Origin: Camelus dromedarius
Taxonomy: Eukaryota
Assembly: GCF_036321535.1 (NCBI RefSeq)
Contig: NC_087437.1
Span: 52,144,001 to 52,208,000, forward strand
Direction: 5' to 3'
Length of the DNA stretch: 64,000 nucleotides
The translations under genes and the position numbers were made by a program. Below the pieces are notes generated by a model, which worked only from the letters and a program-made list of their open reading frames with translations, had not been told where the DNA came from and searched no databases. Shown piece by piece: positions 1-14,200 of this stretch (its first letter is position 1; each line of letters starts with the position of its first letter).

Positions 1-279
1 TGGTTTTGTAGTGAAATATCTGTTAATGATAGATATTATTCCAAGTACAGCATATTCTGAAAGGAGAGACCTCACTCTACATGGTTAAGTCACTTTTTCA
101 TTTATTGAGTCAATTAAGGCTACCTTTTTATGGTACTAAGTGGGGCAGTTCATATCTGTCTCTGGGAATTTCACGGCAGTGTGTAAGAGAAAATGAATTT
201 ATACAGAAATTTCTTTGTAATCTTTGGAAAGAAGAAATTCTCTAATTCCAATGACCTCTCCCTGCATTTTGCTTTTAGC

Positions 280-700
280 TCTGAGAAACCTTCTTCAACA
301 ATGCCAGGCACCTCCTTCTCCCCACTTGCCATTTCCTCCACGAGTGTTGTCATTCCCCAGTCAGTACACACCTCTACCTGCAAGTCTCTTCACTTGGCCC
401 CACTGCCTCTGTCTCCTGGGGTTTCAGCCCATCCTCCTCTACTTCTTCTACTGCTGAGAAAACTTCAGTTGCTCCCTGTCACTAACAAAGTTAAGTCTGA
501 ATAGGTTTAGATTGACCGTCTAGGCTTTTGATGCATCACCAGCCCACATTTCATCCTCATCTTCTCTTTCTTTCCTTCTTCTTCAACTGAAGGGAATTTC
601 TCACTTTCCTAAACATAACCAATCCCATGTCCATACATTTGCTCTTCCCCTCCTTCCCACAATCTGGGATGTCTTTCCTTCCCTCCCTTCAGAAGTGATG
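280..700 (+). mobile_element. Degenerate L2 LINE fragment
   Basis: Pyrimidine-rich stretch resembling the L2 3' region (e.g. aaacttcagttgctccctgtcactaacaaagttaagtc); approximate boundaries. Confidence 0.5.
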
Positions 701-729
701 CCTTTTTTTAGCCTCCAGGTCAAATTCTA

Positions 730-1130
730 CTTCATTCATTAAAACAATATTTACTGGATGTCTACTATGTACCAGGCATAGGTCTAAGTGCGAGGGATGC
801 TGCAGGGAACAAAACCAAGTCCCTCCCCTCACAGAGCACACATTCAGGTGGCAGGCGGTAGATATTAAATAAGTAAAGATGTGGTACGTCAGATTCTGAC
901 AAGGCTGTGGAGAGAAAGCACAACGAAGGAGATGAAAGATTGCTGTTTTATATGGAGTGGTCACCACAGGTTGATAGCTAACATCTTCTACCTGAAAAAC
1001 AATGAAGGTGCAGTCATGTGAGCATAAGGGAGAAGAGCGTTCCAGACAGAAAGGACAGCAAGCGCAAAGTTCTGGAAGCAGGAACATGCTGCGGGGCCCC
1101 AGGAGCAATATGGGGACATAGCTTGGTGGC
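730..1130 (-). mobile_element. L2 LINE 3' end
   Basis: cattcattaaaacaatatttactggatgtctactatgtaccaggca is the reverse complement of the typical L2 3' terminus. Confidence 0.75.
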
Positions 1131-2069
1131 CATGGTGGTGAATACTTCCGGGGGCTTTCTTCCTCCTTGTTTTCTGGCTCACTGAGAAATCAATTGAGAA
1201 CATGGAGGGAGGGATTAACATTGGAGGTTTGAAGAGAGAGGTGATGGTAAGCCTCTAGTATAGTGGGTGAGTAAACAGACCAGGGAAATACCAGGGGGGC
1301 CCACTTGGACTTCACAGCATTGACTTTAAACGTCTTTGAACTGATCACCTCTTCCTTTCCGATTCTTGTAGCAGTGATTACCCATCCTTCATTTGGCACT
1401 TGGCACAAACTACCTTCTGTTGTTTTCGGTGTTGTTTTTAAATGTGTTACCTGCATCCTGAGCTGCTTTGAGGCAACTTTCAATATGCACCCAACAGAAA
1501 AGGACAAAAACAAATAACTGAGTGTCAGAAAAATATGAAAATATACCAGAGTAGAATTCAATAATAGCTGAAAAGCATTTGGGGAGGAGGAATCTTGAAT
1601 CAAAACTTTTTTGTATCTCTATTAACTAAAACAGGACAGTTTATTACAATTGAATAATATTTAAATCATTACTGTAGTAATTACAGTGAAACCCACATTT
1701 GCATGGCCTCAATTTCTGTCCCGCATATTTACCTTGATTTCCAGAAAAAAATAAGTTTTTTTTAACAGGTACCCAGTTTATTAATTTCTTTTAATTTACA
1801 CTGTCATGTCAGAGATACTTGGTATGGACTGCAGTGGTCGCCATGAAACTTGCTGAGAAGAGCACACAGAGGCTGCACGCTTTGAGTAAATGTCTGGCAT
1901 AGTTTTCTCATGGGCACAGTAGTCCTGGACAGGCACTGCAGGACCCAGGGACTTCCTGAGCCTAAGTACAAGTTCATTCCACAAAGGGATCTATAAAGAT
2001 TTCCCCTCTCGAGAAGCTTTTGTTGATCGTCAACTTCCATGATGTTGACATCCATGATGATTACAGTTC

Positions 2070-4750
2070 ATTTTTTTTTCTTTCGGCTCATTAAAAATGC
2101 TGTTCCACTGTCTTATGGGTTGCATTGTTTCTAAGTCATCAGTGGTCATTCTTACCACTGTTTTTCTTTATTGTGGATGCTGTGGTACCCTGTTCTGTCT
2201 TTCAGTAGAATGCGACATACTCATTCCTTCAGCTGCTGGGAGTTTTAGCAATTGATAACCTTCAACTCATCCTTCTTCAGGAATTGCTCTCAGCTAAAGA
2301 GATCTAACTTATCAACAGTGACAGCCTCTTCCTGAAACAGCGTGAATGTCGTGACTAGCGATTGAAGGGTTATAAAGGCCAGAAGACCTTGTCTTAATGC
2401 AGGACCATTCTTCAAGGCCATCTTACACCAGAGCTCTCTTTGGGATCACCTGGGGCCTTTGTTGTGATTGCATCACAGTTTAACACCTCTCTGCCCAGTT
2501 CTGCTTCCTGTACTTCCCCATAGGTTCTGTTCCAAGCACCCACCAGTAACTGCCAGCACATAGATACTCCATCTCAGAGTCTTTTTTCCAGGGAAGCCAA
2601 CTGGTAATACCTTGTATATGCTGTCTTTTTCCCCCTCTGGCTGCTTTCAAGTTTTCCTCTCTATCTTTGGTTTTCAGCAATGACATGCCTAGAGGTGGCC
2701 TTCTTTATTTTTCTTGGGGTTCATTAAGCTGCTTGGATCTGTATGTTTTAATATTTTCATCAAATTTGGAAAACTTCTAGCCATTCTCTTTAAATGTATT
2801 TTCTGCCCCAGTCTCCCTCCTTCCAGGCCTCTAATTACATGTATATTAGACAATTTAATGTTGTTCCATAGGTCAGTGAGGCCTTTTTCATTATTGTTAC
2901 CTTATTTTCTCTCTGCTTCAATTTGAGTAACTTCTATTATCATATCTTCAAATTCACTGATCTTTTCTTCTGCAAGTATCAAATCTGCTGTCAAGATCAT
3001 CCAGTGAATTTTTCATATTAGGTATTATACTTGTCAGTTCTACAATTTCTATTTCTTCTTACCTAATATAAAATGTAAAGCTATAATTTTCTGTCTAAGT
3101 ACTACATGAGCTGCATCCCACAAATTCTGATGTTGTACTTTCATCATCTTTCTTCTTGAAATATTTTCTATTTTACCTTGTGATTTCTTCTTTCACTTAT
3201 TGGTTATTTAGAAGTATATTATTTTAATTTCCAAATATTTGAGGTTTCTCTAGATATATTATCGTTACGGGTTTCTGATTTAACTCTCATTGTCCGAGAG
3301 CATACCCAGGAAGATACAAACCTTTGGAAAGTCATTGAGACTTTGTTATGAGCAAGCGTATCATCTTCCTATGTGAACATTAATTGTACATTTGAAAAAA
3401 AAAGTGTAATCTGCAGTTTTGGGTGTAATTCCTATAAATTTGCCTGTAAGTGAAGGCAGTTGATAGTGCTTTTTATATCTTCTGTATGCTTACTGATTTT
3501 TTGTCAAGTTATTTTATTAGTTACTGAGAGTGTTACAGATCTCCAACTATGATTGTTGATTTGTCTGTTTCCTTTTCATCTATTTATTTTTTTGACTTAG
3601 CTGAATTTTACTCTGCTATTTTTGGGGGGAGTTATTTGAATATTTTTTAATATTTATTTTAGTTCTGTTGCTTCTTTAACTGTATCTCTTTGCTTTATTT
3701 TTTAGTGGTGGCTGTAGGTATTACAGAATACAACTTTACATTATTACTGATTAGAGTTAATATTTTACTACTTAATGTAAAATATAGGGACCTTGCAATG
3801 CTATAGGTTCATTTATTAACCTCCCATCATTTAGTGCTTTTTATAGTTTCCATTTCTCTACTGGGGTTTTCTCATGTATTGAGTTGTTAGGTCCTTTAAA
3901 TCCTTAAAGTATTTATAAAATAAATGTTTTAAATTCTTTGTCTGCTCACCCAGTGTCTCTGTCACCTCAGAGTCTGTCAGTTTCTTTTCTGGCTGTAAGT
4001 CATGTTTTCCTGCTCTGCATACCTAGACTTTTGATTGCATGCTGGGCATAGTGGGTAGTATGTTATCATCTGGATTTTGTTGTCTTCCTTTAGAGGTTTG
4101 AATTTTGTTCTAGTAGGTTAATTTACTGTTAAATCAGCTACATATTCTTGAGGCTTATTTTTAAGCTTTGTTTAGCCAGGTCTAGAATAGTCCTGCTCCT
4201 AATATGTGGCTTTTTTATGGTCTCATTGAACACCCAGGGTCTTTCCACTTCAGCTGGTTATTAGTATTCCCAGCCCAGCACTCTGCAACCTCCAGAGGAT
4301 CCTATTATCTCCCAGCTCCCAGCAGCTGTTCTCTTCCAGGCCTCTGGAGTCTTGCCTGCCTACGTGCAGCTGAGTATCAGGCCAGAAACTTAAGGGAACA
4401 CCTATATAGATTCCTGGAGCTTCTTGTCAACTCAACTTCCTCCTTTTCAAAATCTCCCCACTGTCCAGCCCCAAATTCCTGTCTCTGATTCCTCAGCTCA
4501 GCAAGACTGCCATGCTCTCCTAGGACCCTCCCTCCCTGTGCCACAGTCTAGAAAGTGCCTCCAGGTAGAATTCCAGGGACATCACGGACTCACCTTGTAT
4601 GTTTCCTCTCTGTCGAGGATCACATTCCTGCTCTGCCTTTTGTCCAAAGTTTGAAAACAACTGCTATCTATATTCTTTGGCTAATTTTATACTTAAGTTG
4701 GGAGAGTTAGTAGTTTATTTCCATTACTTTATAACGGCAAGATTTGGAAG
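2070..4750 (-). mobile_element. Old L1 (L1M-type) fragments, interrupted by an MLT1-type LTR
   Basis: T-rich antisense L1-like sequence (ctggctgctttcaagttttcctctctatctttggttttcagc; gagctgcatcccacaaattctgatgttg). Confidence 0.7.
2178..2610 (+). mobile_element. MaLR (MLT1-type) LTR
   Basis: Ends with ctccatctcagagtcttttttccagggaagccaact, resembling an MLT1 3' terminus. Confidence 0.5.
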
Positions 4751-5639
4751 TTTCTAGTTTTTTTGGTACAATGAACAATAACTTAATAATTTTTCTCAGT
4801 TCCTTCTTCTCCCTTCACCTCTCAAAGAAATGGTCCAAAGCATTTCTCTTAGACAGCAAATTGGTGTCTAAAATAACTAGAGTACGACCACGGTGCAGCA
4901 GGGCTCTTCCTCTTTGCTTTGTAATTACATTATTAACTTGTATTGGGCTTTGCTCATTTCAGAGTTAAACTTTCTTTTCCAGGGTTGATTCTGTATTTCT
5001 CTTGTTATCAGGTAGTCATTTTTAGGTCTATCCAGATGGGCGGGAATACTGAAACTGAACATGTTTCATCAGTCATATCTCTCACAGAAAATCATTAAAG
5101 ACCCTGCCCTCGGAGAAGAGCTCTGTCATAATTGCTGCCCTATAGCAGCATCTATCAAGATAGTTATTTGACATTCTTCTTAAGTAGGCAGCAATCAGTT
5201 AGATAATCAAAACGTAGCTAGGCCTTAATTACATATAGGAAATGAATGCTTTCCCTGCCTTTTTTTTTTTTTTTTTAAATAAGACAAAGGTGGGGGTAGG
5301 GGTTCTGACTAACAGAAAATGCCAACCTACTGTGGAGCTTTCTTTGTAACTCTAATTCCTGTAACTTTGTAACTCCCTCTCCCTCTCTGTCTCCATCTTC
5401 CTGGGCCTTTTGTTGACCTTTCACAGGCCTGGTGGGATGACTTTCCCTTAACTAGGAAGCAGAATTATCAAGGATCCCCCGAAGGAGGTCAGAGACCATC
5501 AGTGTTTAAGAGTGTGGTGTAGATACTGACCCCAGCTAGTCCTGGTCTGTTCCTGGCACAACCTTCTGGGTCCCTTGAACGTGACTTTCTGTCAGGCGTC
5601 TTCCAGATGGATGCCACGAGCATAGACGTGGAAGAAACC

Positions 5640-5830
5640 TACTGCCCAGACTCAGATCTGGGCTCTACCACCAACCAGACGGACCTTGGGCACATTGTGC
5701 ACCCTGGGACTAAGGATAACAGGAGAACTGACCTCATAGAGGTTTTGCGATGATTTACTGAGACGAGGTAATACATGTTCAGTGCGTGGAACAGGGCTGG
5801 CTCGCATAATTACTTGTTCAGTAATTGTTA
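5640..5830 (+). mobile_element. MIR SINE
   Basis: MIR-like core (ggctctaccaccaacc...gaccttgggcac...ctgacctcatagaggttttgcgatgattt). Confidence 0.6.
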
Positions 5831-8800
5831 CCCGTGGTGCTGGTGGTGGTTACACCTTTTCACACCTCACAAGACTTAAGTCAGCATTCTCTTCCTCTGC
5901 TGTGAACTCTCACTGTGCTGTGTCTTTTTTATTGTGGTTTTGAAGATCTTGGTTTTTAATGAATATTTTTTATTCAGCCTCTCACGGTTTCCATCTTCGA
6001 CCTCAGATACTCTTCCCTTAGAGCTGGGATCACCACTCTAAGTGAAATTTCCTTGAGAGATGTTCTGCCCGGTGTTTCCCTCCTCTCTCCACTCGGCTTA
6101 GCAAGGTACCTGCTTATTTTATTATTTCTTCACCTGATTCATTAGCAGCTGTGAGCTGCTGAGAGTTCTGAGGCATTGGGAAACGAGGGTGTATGAGAGG
6201 TCACGTTCTGTTTAAACTGTTGTCTGTGGGAATTTTAGGAAAGGTGTTTTCTGTTTGCAGATGGGAAAGGAAACAATGGCTTATCTCTGAAGTCAAAGTT
6301 TCATTTTAGGCAAAAGTGTTAAATATTAAAGACCTCTAGTTTGAAACAGCTTACGTGGTGGTAAAAGTCTGACTCTATTAGGTACAGAAAGATTTGACAG
6401 ACCGAGGCAGGCGGGAGGGAAGTGGGGAATATGGTTCTCAAGCCATACATTCTGCACCATCTGTACCCCCATCCCCACCAGCACATCACAGCACCGCCAG
6501 CAGAAGCCGCCTAGATTGAAGAGACAATTATGCTGCAGAATTAAACCAAGAGCCCCACGTCCTTCACAAACTAGATTCAGCCCTCTCATGTGTTCATGTG
6601 GGAAGACAAGTAGGAAGGGAAATGTTAAGATTTTTATTTCAGCACTTATTTATTGTGGAGAATAAGAAATGAAGAAGCAGAGCTCAGTCCCTGTGACTGT
6701 CCCCATCTCTGTGTATGACTCGGAAGGCTTTGTGTCCAGAATCCATAGTGTTACCTGTATTCCTAGGAACCCAGCCTTCAGGGTGGCAGGGATCACGGTT
6801 GTTTCCTGTATCAAAGCTTGATATGCTGGTTGCGAGGCCCGTGGATCCTGGAAGCCCTGGTTTGTTTTCTTCCTTCCAGCAGATGTAATTACAGCTCTCA
6901 CTTCCACCACGTCTGTGAGTCACTGAGCTTTGAAATGTGTTGGCGCTACATGAGCCAACGGCCCTCTCCCTGGGGCTCTCCTAGATCATCAGCACCTCAT
7001 TTTCCACCGGATTTACTTTAATGCTGAGTCTTACAAGGTCATTTCCAGAGCCATCACTGCTTCTTCGTGTAATGTTCAGCTACAGTTTAATTTTCAGCTC
7101 TTATCATTGGACTTTATCACACAGGAAGAAAGAAATTTATGCTAGCAGATAGTATTGATTGTTTTTCTTTCTCTTCCAGTTGGAAAAATCACTCCTAGTC
7201 AGTCCTGTGCTGGTGGGTGAGATGGTCTGGAAAGAGTGCTTTATGTTTACAGATTTGTCAAACTGAGGCTGTGTTCAGGTTTTGTTGCTCCCACTTTTTT
7301 TGTGTGTATGACACTGATTTGACAAATCAGTTTCTCTGATAGCATCTTACTGTTTCTCTTCAGGGCTCTCAGGAGTCTTTGTGACAGTGCCTCTAGTTGG
7401 TTGGTTGGCCTTGTTTACTTCTGACGATGCAATAAAGCCATGATCAGCTTCAGTAAACATCAGTATCTTACTTGAAACGTTCATGCCTTAAGCGCTTATT
7501 ATCTCATGGTGCCCACATCTTACGCAGATGGTAGAGTGTGGCCCATGATGGCACTGCGCTTTGATAAATTGGAACACAGACCTAGAGGAGTGATGAGACC
7601 TGTGCGGTTATACAGGGAGCTGAGATGGGATTAGAGCTCAGGTTTCCTGCTTCTCAGCCCATTCTTTCTTCCAGGCACTTCTCCTGGGAGCAGAAATAAC
7701 ACAATCACAGTAGTCACTACCATTTACTGACCATCAAATAGGTGCCAAGCCCATCCAGGATCGCTAATCCTCCCAATTCTGCAAAGAGTAGTTATACAGC
7801 CAAAGAAACTGAGAGAAGCTAAGTAACTTGGCCAGAGCCACTCCCTGATCATTGCAGAATCCAGGTGGACCCAGGTCTGTCCAAAGCCACCCCTGTGTGT
7901 GTCTTCCTGCATTGCAGGGGGTTTAGAAACACGCCAGTGACTATGTACATAGAAAATCTGCTCGCCCTTCCCATCCCTTCCTCCATTTGACCAGCAGATA
8001 ATTATCTCATGACTGCTCTGTGCCAGGCAGTGCTGGGTGCCAGTGGGTGGGAGAGACAGCCTGTCCTGAAGCTCTCCTCCCACAACGCTTTCCCTCCACT
8101 CTCCCTTCTCTCTCCCACAACATCCACCCATCCCTCTTGCTAGCAGGTGCACCAGTCTTGGCTGCGCCATGCTCTGATGTCTTTCTTTCCATTTCGTTGG
8201 CCACATTAGATTAGGCATACATGACCAGTATCGCATGTAGACTGGGCCCTCCAGTTAATAACACTGAGAACTTCCCAAGTCCTGGGCATTTACCAAGTGC
8301 TCCATGTGCCTCACTTTCTTAATCTGCTCAGCCACTTTATGGGGGCAGCTATTATCATCATCCTTATACTACAAAAAAAAAAAAAAAGCAGCTAGCTCAC
8401 TGGTAACTGTAGTGCCAGTGACCAGTGATGCCGGGGCTGGGCTCAGGCCGGCAGGCTCAGGAGTGCAGGCTCTGAGGGAGCAGGTCTCGGGCATACCGGA
8501 CGGAGGGCTCTGCACCAGGACGTGCTGAAGTGACAAGAGAAAGGCTTTTAACCACAAGTCCCACTGGCTTGGTAGTTTTCCTTCCTTCTTAAAAGGGTTG
8601 GTATTTTCTGACATTTGAAAAATAATCCTTTCCCCAAAAGTGAATTAAATATAATGAAATAGATATTTCACTGAGATACAGGACAAACATGCCAGAAATC
8701 ACAAAGAATCTTTAGAAAGTCCAAGTTCTTAGAAACGGAAGACGAATGTCAGTGATTTCATGCTGGGCCAGAGGAGCAAGCTGCTGCCCGCTCTCATACC

Positions 8801-10394
8801 TAAATGGACAGCTCAGAATAAGCCAGGGTGTGGGACTGTTGAGAAATTGTTGAACATCTGCTGGGTGTAGAGCATTGGGAATAGAAGGATGAATAAGATA
8901 AAGTCTCATATTCAAGGAGTTCACTAGCTAACGAAGAGACAGATAATTACACTACAGTGAGCGCAACAGTGTAACTGCAAGGACAATTTTGATGGTATAT
9001 GCAGACAGCGTGAGACCGTGTTTCAAACAAGGCCCCTGGCAGACATGCTATATATGTGGTTATTATACCTCAGTAACCTCTCAAGTGTTGCTTATCAGAC
9101 TAGAGAAGGGGAAATATTTTTGTGGGGTTTTTAATGTCCCAGAATCTGTAAACTCCTCTGGATTTACTCATCCTTATTCTCCAGGTGCTGATATAGTAAG
9201 GCCCTAGAAATATTTGCTGAACCACAGAACTGGATCCCTGTTCAGGAGGCCTGGGGGGAGAGGACAGGAGCCTGCAGGGGGCAGGCATAAACCAGCTGGA
9301 CAAGCCGCCTCCCCAGGGCCCTGTCCCTCCCCTCATTCTTGCCCCACCTCACTTCGAACCCGAGACCCATGGAGAAGAATACAGAAATCCTCACCTTAGT
9401 GACTTATAAGTCATTGCCTGAATGTTTCCATTTTAAAAATACTCTGTCTTGTTCCAGGAAGGATTTTAAGAGAGGTAAGCATTTCCTGGGTCCTAGGCAC
9501 GTCTACAGATGGCTCTCCTGTTTCGCCTCAGATGACTTGTTTTCAGATACTTTTCCACAGAGACAGTACAGCTCCGCCAAGAATAGGTTGTCTCCACCCT
9601 GCAGAAACTTTGCTTCCAGAGGGTCCCAGGGCAGCCCGAGCAGGCACTCCTTAGTTCAGTGTCTTGCTGTCCAGGATGATGGCCTATAAGAAACGACCTG
9701 TCACCTTCAGTTATTTCACACCCAAAGAACAACCATATTTTTTAATTCCTGAAGGATGTTGTTGGAAAACCCCTTCCTTTGGTATCTCCAAGGAGTTTAA
9801 GAGCTTAGAGGACTAAGATAACAAGCCTTGGTGCCACCATGGTCTGGGTATGTTGTGTTGAAATTATGGGTCTGCATGTATGTGTGTATACACACGTGTA
9901 TGTGCACACTTACCTGTTTGTTACTCCAGCTTTTCTCCTAGGACAAGGGGGCTAGGGTTTATAAGGTAGAGGACCTGGTTATGACCCTTAGTTGGCCGTG
10001 AATTTTTCATTCAGGTTGGGTAGGTCTCCAAGCCTTCTCTTCCTCAGTTTACACAATCCTGTTCACCTGTGTAGTAAAGTAGGTACAGGGCTTGCATTTC
10101 AGGAAGATTCAAAGTAAACCATGGGGTAAAAATATTCTTAGTAAATTTTCTTTTTATACCCAAGGGTTGCAAAGATGCACGAGAGCTTAATGGATGCTGA
10201 AAACATACCTAATCGGGATACCTTAGAAAAAGAGAAATGCTAATTGACTGGCTGATTTGGTACAGCTGAATCAGGAGGCAAGTGCCCATAACCTGAGAGT
10301 GTCCTGCTCCCATTAGGGCTCAGTGAGGACAGGAAGTCCAGCCGCACTGAGCTGTTCTAGGTACAGATTAGCACACGGCTGCTTCAAGTGCAAA

Positions 10395-10530
10395 CTAAGG
10401 ACCAGCTCGGGAGCATGTGAGAAACGCAGAATCTCAGACCCCACCCCAGACCTTCTAACCAGAATCTGCATTTTAACAAGATCGCTTAGTGATACTCACA
10501 CACATAAAAGCTGGAGAAGTGCTGGATTAG
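10395..10530. mobile_element. MER5A-like hAT DNA transposon
   Basis: gaaacgcagaatctcagaccccaccccagaccttctaaccagaatctgcattttaacaagatc matches the MER5A core. Confidence 0.8.
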
Positions 10531-13401
10531 AAAACATGGATTGGACCATCATTTGAGACTTCTGCACCTTCTGTCTCAGTGAGCAAACTCCCGGGGGCTA
10601 GAGCCATCTACTCTGTGCCTAGAACAGACGTCTCTGCCATGTACTGTTGCCGGGGGCAGGGGGGGTGTGTGTGGAAAGCACGATTCTGTTTTTAACAGTA
10701 GCATTTTCTACTTCTGATCCGACATGACCTTCACTTTCCCATGATGATTTGAGTTGGCTTCCAAAATAGATCCAATTGGATGAAATAAATAAGGAAATCT
10801 AGACTTTTTAAAACTGTTCGCCTATGAAAATAATATAAAACCAGGTTATAATAGCACACGTAAATGTTTGCCCCCAAGCCCTATCCAGCTGCTAGTCTTA
10901 TATAGCTGACCACTTAGCTTTGAGTTTCCAAGTGACAAAAGCAAAAAAGAAAACATAATTAGTAGCAAGTCTGCACAACTAGTAACTGCCCAGCAGTTTT
11001 TCTCAGCGCAGGGTCTGATGGGAATTCTGCACAGGTCATCGTAAGTGGCCTGCACAGCTGCATCTTCATAGTGAGTACAGTAGTACATTTCATGAGAGGT
11101 TTTTCCTTACGTTATCCTTTCAAAGCAAAGGGCTGTTTTATAAAAGTATAAGGAAAGGTCTCCCCCTGCTTTGTCATTTGCTAACTTGGCCTTTACAACC
11201 TTCTTTTTAATTAACCTGCCTTAACACCTCCTCCCCCCACCCAGGGCACCTTACCTAGACCATTCCCGACTTGTTTCCATTTGGACCCTCCTTGTTAAAC
11301 TTTATCACGGGGTAACCAGGGAATAAGCAAAGGTGCGATCAGGGAGGCTTGGTCCCATGTCACAGGGAGTGTGGTGAGGTTTCGAATGGCCAGTGAAAGG
11401 CACCTGTCGTCCTTGTCCTTAACCCGCCCTGCTCCCCAGTTCATGCCAGCAGTACTGAAGGGACTCGGAGAATCAGGGCAGGACCGTTTTCTCTCTTGCT
11501 TGCTTATGCTCAGTTTGCAGTATTTCTCAAACCTTCAAATTATCTTTAGCTTGGAACTCCCCAGTGTATCTTACTTAGTATCTACTGGAAGTGTGATACT
11601 CCACACACTTTCTCTCCAAGAATAGGATCATTTTTCCTACCAAAGTCTATTGAGAAAAAGTATTTTTACAGCGTCAAGGCAAGTTGAAACGTTCTCAGGT
11701 TAGGGACGGTCCCTCCCTGTGTCTGGCGGACCCAAGGCGTGAGTCTAGAATGCAAAGCAGGGCCCCTGCAGTCTGTCTTCTCTTTCTGGCTGCCCTGCTC
11801 AGGATTCCCTTCAGACCATCCTCAGCCCACTGAGAGCACTGGGAAGAACTAAGGCCACTGTCCCCTGGGCTGGTCTCCGAAGCCAGACGTTACCTCTGCA
11901 GCATCCTGCGGGACTCCAGGGGCCCATGAGCTGTGACCCTCATCGTGGATAGCTGCTTTCTGGGTCTCGAAGCACATCCTTTTCACCTAGTTAGGAAATG
12001 AAGGTGTGAAATAATTTCACACTCACTAGCGTGATTTATTTCAGGGGTAGTGCTTATTTCCATTCTGTCTTAGCTCTTAGTAGGTTTCCCCCCTAAGGGT
12101 GGTGAAAATTTTGAGGAAAAAAGTAAAGTCCTTTCTGGAAGACAACTTTACATAACCTCTTAAAGTTTCTGTATGTAATGCTTTTTAAAGTTCAAATCCT
12201 GGGGGGTTGCAGGGCTGGACACGGCAGTACCTTCCTGCTAGAGTGGCGGTGAGGATTTGACGAGCTCACCCACACAGAGTATGCAGCACAAGGGGCTCGG
12301 CTGTGGTAAATGCTCAGGACGTGGTCAGTCTTCTGAGTGGTGGTATTTGCTCTGTGCCTCCCCTGTCGTCCACTCCACTGCCCTGTTCTTGAACGTCTTC
12401 CACATCCTGGACACAGGCATGTTTTTTTATCACTGTTTTGGTTGCTGTTCTTGCCAGGACATTCATAGAAACAGACCACCTCCTGCAGCTCCCTTCAGTC
12501 CCACAGCCTCGCTCAGCCCCACAGATGCGCTCGTGTCAACACCCAGACCCTGCATCGTTGAAACCCTTCTGAAATTATCATTTAACTTTAAAATTAAGGG
12601 TGTCCCTAGATTGTAATAAAAGCTGAGCCCTGGTGGGGTGCCAGCCGGTTAAAGATACTTTAAATAAGGATCTTGTCTAATTTAATGTTCAGCAACCTTA
12701 CAGAGAAGAGTCATCCTCTCTCAAGTCAGAGAAGGGACCTGCCTAAGATCACGTGGCAGGTTAGTGTCAGAACTGGAATTCCAGCTCACCTCCGACTCCA
12801 AAGCCTGTGGCGGCTTCTGCCAGGATCCCATTTTGCCCTCTAGCTATGCGTTGGATCGGATCCACTGAGTAGGACCACAGTGTTGGTGCAGTAACAGGTG
12901 GAGCAAAGCAAGACTACTGGGAGAGCAATTAGACTTCCTTCCTCCAAAGCAGACTAAAATCGCAGCCCCGTAGGTGGCTACCAGCTTTACAATGAGGCAG
13001 GGAAATGACGTGATTTTTCACATATACTGTATCCCCACCACCTGCACAAAGAAGGAGCGTCTTTGAGCGCCTTACTCGGTGAGGGATAAGGCGGGGGAGT
13101 GGGGAGCGCAGGGCTGGGTGGAACTGAACTGCTCTGCACAGTAAAGGCAGAGAGGGACCAAGCAGCCCTTAAGGAAGCTCGTCAGTCTGAAAAAGCTGGA
13201 AACCCTGGGGTGGGGGGGTGTCCCTAGAGAGGTCCACCTGCGGCTGGCACCAAGGGACTGAGGAGGGACACGCCCATTTCTGATTACTGTCCAGTAAAGT
13301 ATCTCACCAGTTGCTGGAAGCATGGATTTTCCTCACAGGAACGAAGGAAGCGCCACATCCTGTCTCAGCCTTGACCAAATCCAGAGGCCTCCCCTGGGGG
13401 T

Positions 13402-13408
13402 TACTAAC
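13402..13408 (+). promoter_or_regulatory. Branch point (TACTAAC) upstream of the VPS8 penultimate exon
   Basis: Perfect TACTAAC with the branch A at 13407, 23 nt before the end of the acceptor AG (13429-13430). Confidence 0.75.
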
Positions 13409-13430
13409 CTTACTGTTCTTGATTTCTCAG

Positions 13431-13511
13431 GCAGCCTCAGAACCTGTTCTGGATCCACAGCAAATCCAAGCATTTGATCAGCTTTGCCATCTCTACCGAG
13501 GAAGTTCCAGG
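13431..13511 (+). CDS. VPS8: VPS8 (CORVET subunit) penultimate coding exon, 27 codons: AASEPVLDPQQIQAFDQLCHLYRGSSR
   Basis: Flanked by ttctcag| and |gtaatg; 81 nt, phase 0/0; peptide matches the recalled VPS8 C-terminal region; joins the next exon in frame. Confidence 0.92.
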
Positions 13512-13899
13512 GTAATGTTTGTGTGGTTGTTTATATCTCCTATCCATAATTACTGTTTTAGTAACAGTGTCCTCAAGTCCTCACTCCAGCCTCCTCCTTA
13601 GTCTGTAAGTGCCCTGGCCTCCCTGTTATGGCTTGTGGAGCCCTGACCCCAGGGAGCACTCAGAACTTGGCAGAGGATGCAGAGGAAGTGGAAAGATCTC
13701 TGTCCCTTACCTGCCATGGGCTGTGAGGACACAGAAGGGCATCTGTGTTTATCCTGCTTCCAGAGCAAGCAAGCATAAGCCCAGTCCCTCATCTAGGACC
13801 CTTTATACTGATGACTGCCAACCTGCCCTCAGCCCCAGACTCTGCTAGGCATCTGCATTTGTTCTGGCCATGAAGGATGAATGCTAAATTAAAGTGGTT

Positions 13900-14200
13900 T
13901 AACCAAAATGGAATTGGAAATGCAGGCATCCCAGGGCAACCTTCTGTGAGCCTCTCTCCAGATTTCTTCTACCTCTGGCTCTGCCATCCTTAACATATGG
14001 CTTTTACTCACATGGTTCAACATGGTTGCCCCAGCTCCAACCATCACATCTGCATTCCTGCTAGCAAGATGCAGAAAAAGGAGGACTATAAGCCCTCTAT
14101 TTAAGGACAGTCCCTAGAAATTGTATACACCTCTTCCACTTACCTCCTTTGTCCAGAACTGAGACACATGAGCACACATAACTGTAGCTGGGATTAGGAC
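13900..14200. mobile_element. MaLR (MLT1-type) LTR fragment in the last VPS8 intron
   Basis: caacatggttgccccagctccaaccatcacatctgcattcc...cttccacttacctcctttgtccagaact resembles MLT1J/K. Confidence 0.6.

Noticed and set aside
171..1603. Protein-like minus-strand ORFs suggesting a nested antisense gene or pseudogene
   Set aside because: Much of the region matches degenerate L2 sequence; no recognisable protein and no consistent exon chain
1..13400. Further upstream VPS8 exons
   Set aside because: No segment with splice sites encoding a recognisable VPS8 peptide was found; treated as intron, though a small exon could have been missed
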